From Octopus vulgaris (Eukaryota): a stretch of 64,000 nt of DNA. The notes below the pieces were generated by a model. It was not told the origin of the DNA. It saw nothing but the letters and a program-made list of their open reading frames with translations, and did no database searches. Location of the stretch: assembly GCA_951406725.2 (NCBI GenBank), contig OX597814.1, positions 2,170,001-2,234,000 on the forward strand, in the 5' to 3' direction. Position numbers and translations under genes: made by a program. Below, piece after piece: positions 59,171 through 64,000 of the stretch; within the stretch, counting starts at the first letter, position 1, and each line of letters begins with the position of its first letter.

Positions 59171-59218
59171 ATCGAAAAATATCTTAGGAATGAGAACCCA
59201 GGTTCGAAATTTCGCCAA

Positions 59219-59264
59219 AACACCTGATGAAGACTGGAGGGTATATCAGCCGAAAAGTTGTGTT
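59219..59264 (+). ncRNA. Hammerhead motif in (AAT)n-associated element ~59168-59322
   Basis: AACAC-CUGAUGA-a-GACUG...CAGCC-GAAA-a-GU-U-GUGUU; complementary lesions to the copy at 22848. Confidence 0.55.
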
Positions 59265-59564
59265 AACAACAAACAAGATGAGGACAAATATCCGTCAAAT
59301 GTAAATAATGTAAATAATGTATGACTTGAGTTGTTTGTTTTGCCTTAGCTTTTATTGTCCTCTTTAACAATTATATATCCGCCATATTGGAAATCTGCAC
59401 TAGCTCCATAACTACCATCTCGGCTAAAACCTTGGAGACCAAATAATCCGTTACACCACTTACCTGGCGTACCTAATCGTTTAGATCACCTGTGAACTAA
59501 AGCCCCATACTTTATATATATATATATATATATATATAGTTATATATATATAGTTACATGACAA

Positions 59565-59973
59565 TCGGATTAAGCTACGGATTTGATTCGGTCATCATCA
59601 ATTTCAGTAATTCGGCCAGAACTTTGGTTTGTGTGAAAAATTTCCCGACGAAATTTTTTTAACCATTTCTGACATGTGTATTCTGTTAAGCAGCCAACAC
59701 CATAAACTTCACATATCTCTTTGTGAGCCTCAGCAACTTTATTGAAAGAAAAAAGCAAAATATGGCGAAAATGTTCATTTTTGCACTCCATGTTAAAATT
59801 GACACTGAACTAACAGCTGTAAACAAAATTACATGCAATTTGCTTCTAAAGTAAGCTAAAAGTAACGGCTAAAATGTAAAAAGTTTAAAAAATCACAATA
59901 TTGACAATAATCATACAAAAAGCTCGTAAATCCATCTGTTTGCGAAAAACGAAATTACTTGTTAACCCAACAT
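59565..59973 (-). mobile_element. Mariner 5' fragment with TIR
   Basis: NEHFRHILLFSF..AEAHKEICEVYG..CLTEYTCQKWLKKFR; minus-strand end tatgttgggttaacaagtaatttcgttttt resembles mariner TIRs. Confidence 0.85.
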
Positions 59974-59990
59974 ATATATATATATATATA

Positions 59991-60220
59991 CACGAGTAAG
60001 CACGTAAATGCAAAACAAAGTGGGAAAGATAGTACTCGAATACCGACAGCAGAGTAATATGCTTTTTATTAAAGCTGCAAAAACACCATAAAAAATGCTG
60101 TTACTTAGAGTTTCCCATTCCCGTCGTCGGACAATCTTGATTGCAACTGTCCGACGAACGGGAAACGTGAATCTAGCAGCATTTTTTGTGTGCATGATGT
60201 TTTTCAGCTTTAATAAAAAA
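59991..60220. mobile_element. Fold-back element with two divergent degenerate hammerheads (family of 35668)
   Basis: gctgttacttagagtttcccattcccgtcgtcggaca / ctgtccgacgaacgggaaacgtgaa. Confidence 0.68.
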
Positions 60221-60230
60221 AGGAAGTATA

Positions 60231-60276
<46 letters not shown>

Positions 60277-60301
60277 CAAAATAAGCAACAATAATATCCA
60301 A

Positions 60302-60446
60302 GGTAGTGTAGTACAATAGTTTCATGCTACCTCATTTTATTAAACATCAGTTTTAAAATGTCGAGCAATCTTCATTTTAAAACTGATGTAATACTTACAT
60401 TGTTCAATTAAATGAAGTAGCATGAAACGATTGTACTACACTACCA
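60302..60446. repeat. Fold-back inverted repeat
   Basis: ggtagtgtagtacaatagtttcatgctac vs gtagcatgaaacgattgtactacactacc; acatcagttttaaaatg vs cattttaaaactgatgt. Confidence 0.8.
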
Positions 60447-60535
60447 CCCCATTTGATTTATATGGATAATACCATACCAAATTCTGGTGCCTTTAACTTA
60501 AGTACCATATTCATCTGAATCTAAATTTTGCTGAA

Positions 60536-60581
<46 letters not shown>

Positions 60582-61203
60582 CTCACACATATTCACATAT
60601 TTTCTCATGCACACACACATACACATACACAAAAAAAAACTCACACAATATACATACACAAACAAAAGATGAAATGCATCGCTTCCTTACGTTCTACAAA
60701 TGGGAGAGAAAAACTAGTTCTTATATCCCCGACCAGTAGAGAAACCTGTTTACTGAATAAGTTAATATTTCCTAAGTCACATTCTTCAATCATTACTCAT
60801 CATAAAACAGATTATCCAGCCTGATTAACCAAACAATATAAAGAGCCACAACGTTCTCTTCCTCGTCAACCCGGACACCACAAACATTCTACTGCGTTCT
60901 GTTTAGTCTATCAATTTGTAATCTATTTGTTTTATCTCGAGAGATCGAATTTTGTGAATCTTGCTTGTGTTTCCTTTCAGTTTGCTTGGTCTGCAAATAT
61001 TTATATTTACTAAGAAGTGTCAGTTCAATGACGGATATTTATTTTAAGGTTCCTGAATAAATGACATTGGTGTGCGCAGTTGGGGCTTTGCTTTTTTTTT
61101 TGTACTTTATCATAGGGAAAATTACGAGAGTAGCATTTCATTAGACACACACACAACTCAAATATTCACACACATACACATACGCACATACGTACATGCA
61201 TAC

Positions 61204-61251
<48 letters not shown>

Positions 61252-61286
61252 GTATATATATATGTATATATATATATATGTATATA

Positions 61287-61325
<39 letters not shown>

Positions 61326-61341
61326 GCACACATACACACAC

Positions 61342-61425
<84 letters not shown>

Positions 61426-61428
<3 letters not shown>

Positions 61429-62247
61429 CTGCGATGGGTAAATTGTTGCCATTTTATATTTTTAATTTTGTGCATGCGCATTGTTTTTGATTTTTTCGAC
61501 TACAGAATATAGTAGGGTCTGTTGGGCACCGTCTGTGAGAAGAAAAGCACCATGATATAATTCACTCTGCCAGAAATTTCGAAACGACATGCTGTACTTC
61601 TTTGCATTTGCACCGTAAGCTCCAATACTAACGTTTCAGAGTGTGTGGGTGTCAATCTGAGGACATGTACCAAGAGTGATGTAAAATCAAACATCAGCAT
61701 CATGGTGTTTGGAGTGACCACTAGTGATGGCGATGTTATGCCTCCATTCATCTCCTTGCACTGCCTCAGAATCATCACGGAGGCTTACATGAGGTGCCTG
61801 GGTCAAGAAGATGGCTACTGGAAGACCCTATGTCTGGCAACAGGACTCTGCACCACGCCGCACAATCAGGACAACCCAGTCATGGCTGCAAGATAATTTC
61901 TGTGACCACCTCACCCCTAACATCGGGGCAACAAACTCCCCACACTGTAACCCCCTTGGTTATTATGTGTGGGGCGCAGTTGAGCGAGAGACCAAGAAAA
62001 CTCCTTGTAACACCAAAGATGAACTGAAGGCAAGGATCATGGTAGCATTCACCAACTTAAACAAGGAAACCATCCAGATGAGTTACAGGAGATTCCGAAG
62101 GCATCTGGAGGCCGTGGTTGAAACCAATAGCGATTTTATTGAATAAATTTGTTCTTTAGTATTTCAAAATATTTTAAATGTAATTTTTTGTAAATATATC
62201 TGTTAAAATGAGATGTCAGGGTTATTTTCATTACTCACCACACACTG
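61426..62247 (+). mobile_element. Internally deleted Tc1/mariner transposon, DD37D (maT)-like
   Basis: IMVFGVTTSDGDVMPPF; GRPYVWQQDSAP...NSPHCNPLGYYVWGAVERE...LEAVVETNSDFIE; short imperfect terminal inverted match. Confidence 0.85.
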
Positions 62248-62784
62248 TGTTTAGCGTTTATCAAACAAGATTCTTGAGACCTTGTGTCATCCTAACTTTT
62301 CAGCCCACTACTACAACTAAGTACGTACGTGTGTATGTATGTATGTATGTATGTAAGTATGTATGTATGTATGTATGTATGTATGTATGTATGTATGTAT
62401 GTATGTATGTATGTATGTATGTATGTATGTATGTATGAATGCATGTGTATAAATGTATGTGTATGTATGTATGTATGTATGTATGTATGCACGTACGTAC
62501 GTACGTATGTATGTATGTATGTATGTATGTATGTATGTATGTACGTACGTACGTACGTACGTACGTATGTATGTATGTATGTATGTATGTATGTACGTAC
62601 GTACGTACGTACGTATGTATGTATGTATGTATGTACGTACGTACGTACGTATGTATGTATGTATGTATGTATGTATAAATGTATGTATGTATGTATGTAT
62701 GTATGTATGTACGTACGTACGTACGTATGTATGTATGTATGTATGTATGTATGTATGTATGTATGTATGTATGTATGTATGTAT

Positions 62785-63182
62785 GGGCGGAGGAACTCTT
62801 GAGAGTCAACAGCCATCCAATAAATGCCTTAAGGCTGTATCATGCGCGGGGACATAGAAATAATTGGACTGAATACCCGATCGCGCGGTTAAACCATTGG
62901 GAGGGAAGGACTTCTAGCCTTTGTTAGGGCATCCTTCTAGTAGAAGGTAACTCAGGTAACTGGGATAACTCCGACATAAAACCTGCGGCTCAGTGGTTAC
63001 CGATGATGTTGACTTGTTCTTCTTTTCGGATTATGGCTGTTGTTGCTTAGTGAGTGGGATTGACTCAGTGCACAGCCTTTCCTCACTTTAAAAAAAAAAT
63101 CTTCTTGCACAGGCATTGCACGATAACAACATTGATTAAGCTACGTGCAATGGCCATACTCGATAACGAGGGGGCAGCTACC
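62785..63182 (+). mobile_element. ~400-bp element inserted in (TATG)n
   Basis: Sharp boundaries within (TATG)n; gcatccttctagtagaaggtaactc recalls RTE-type 5' UTR sequence (weak). Confidence 0.55.
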
Positions 63183-63270
63183 ATGTATGTATGCATGTAT
63201 GTATGTATGTATGTATGTATGTATGTATGTATGTATGTATGTATGTATGTATGTATGTATGTATAAATGA

Positions 63271-63421
63271 AGCAGAAAATGGAGAAAATTCTTGATCAAC
63301 AAGCAAATTAACTATCATCGATTATTATTTTTTAATACAGAACTTAAGTTTTGTATTTAAAAAGATTTAACCGATGGCAGTTAATTTTTTGGTTGATCAA
63401 AAGTTTTCTCCATTTTCTGCT
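63271..63421. repeat. Imperfect inverted repeat
   Basis: gcagaaaatggagaaaattcttgatcaac vs gttgatcaaaagttttctccattttctgc. Confidence 0.8.
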
Positions 63422-64000
63422 TATATAAACTTGATTCCGGATAAATTGTTGTTTATTCTGTTACTACCTGTATCCTATGAGCACAGTGTGCTTGCATACC
63501 CATGCCCGGGGTTGAAATAGGTCATTTATACCGGTTGAAAGAACGTATATTCTTATACCTTATACGGTTATTCCAACCGCAAACTCTACTAACCTTATGT
63601 GTGTGTGTGTGTGTATGTGTGTGCGTGTGTGTGTGTATCTTGTTCTTACGCTCTCACCCTTTCCTTTCTCTGGAAATCCATTACAGATGTAAGGATCTTC
63701 CGGGGTACTCAGCCACATGTATGTATGTATGTAGGTATGAACGTATGTATGTACGTATGCATGTATGTATGCATGCATGCATGCATGTATGTATGAATGC
63801 TTGTATGTATGTATGTATGTATGTATGTAAGTATGTATGCATGTATGTATTCCTGTGTGTATATATGCATGCATGTATGTATGTTTATATGCATGTACGC
63901 ATGCATGTATGCATGTATGTATGCATCTATGTATGAATACATGTATGTATGTATGTATGCATGTAAGTATATATGTATGTATGTATGTATATATGCATGT

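Overview
AT-rich, microsatellite-saturated eukaryotic non-coding DNA, either intergenic or inside a large intron. The (TA)n/(CA)n/(TATG)n/(TCTA)n/(TAA)n load and the SINE types suggest an octopus or other cephalopod genome (inference only). No host protein-coding gene can be supported, and almost all listed ORFs are microsatellite read-throughs. The window holds about 30 tRNA-derived SINE copies in four head families with swappable tails, CR1/L2-like LINE fragments, four decayed Tc1/mariner elements, a non-autonomous Helitron and elements embedded in specific microsatellites. The most striking signal is a dense set of short, microsatellite-embedded, often fold-back elements carrying minimal type-I hammerhead-ribozyme motifs: about 18 motifs (many degenerate) in about 9 families. 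They show palindromic or near-palindromic stem III and compensatory C3:G8, G3:C8 and U3:A8 core variants, most simply read as Penelope-like pLTR or retrozyme derivatives. All folds were read by eye and none is tested. Coordinates of degenerate elements are approximate.
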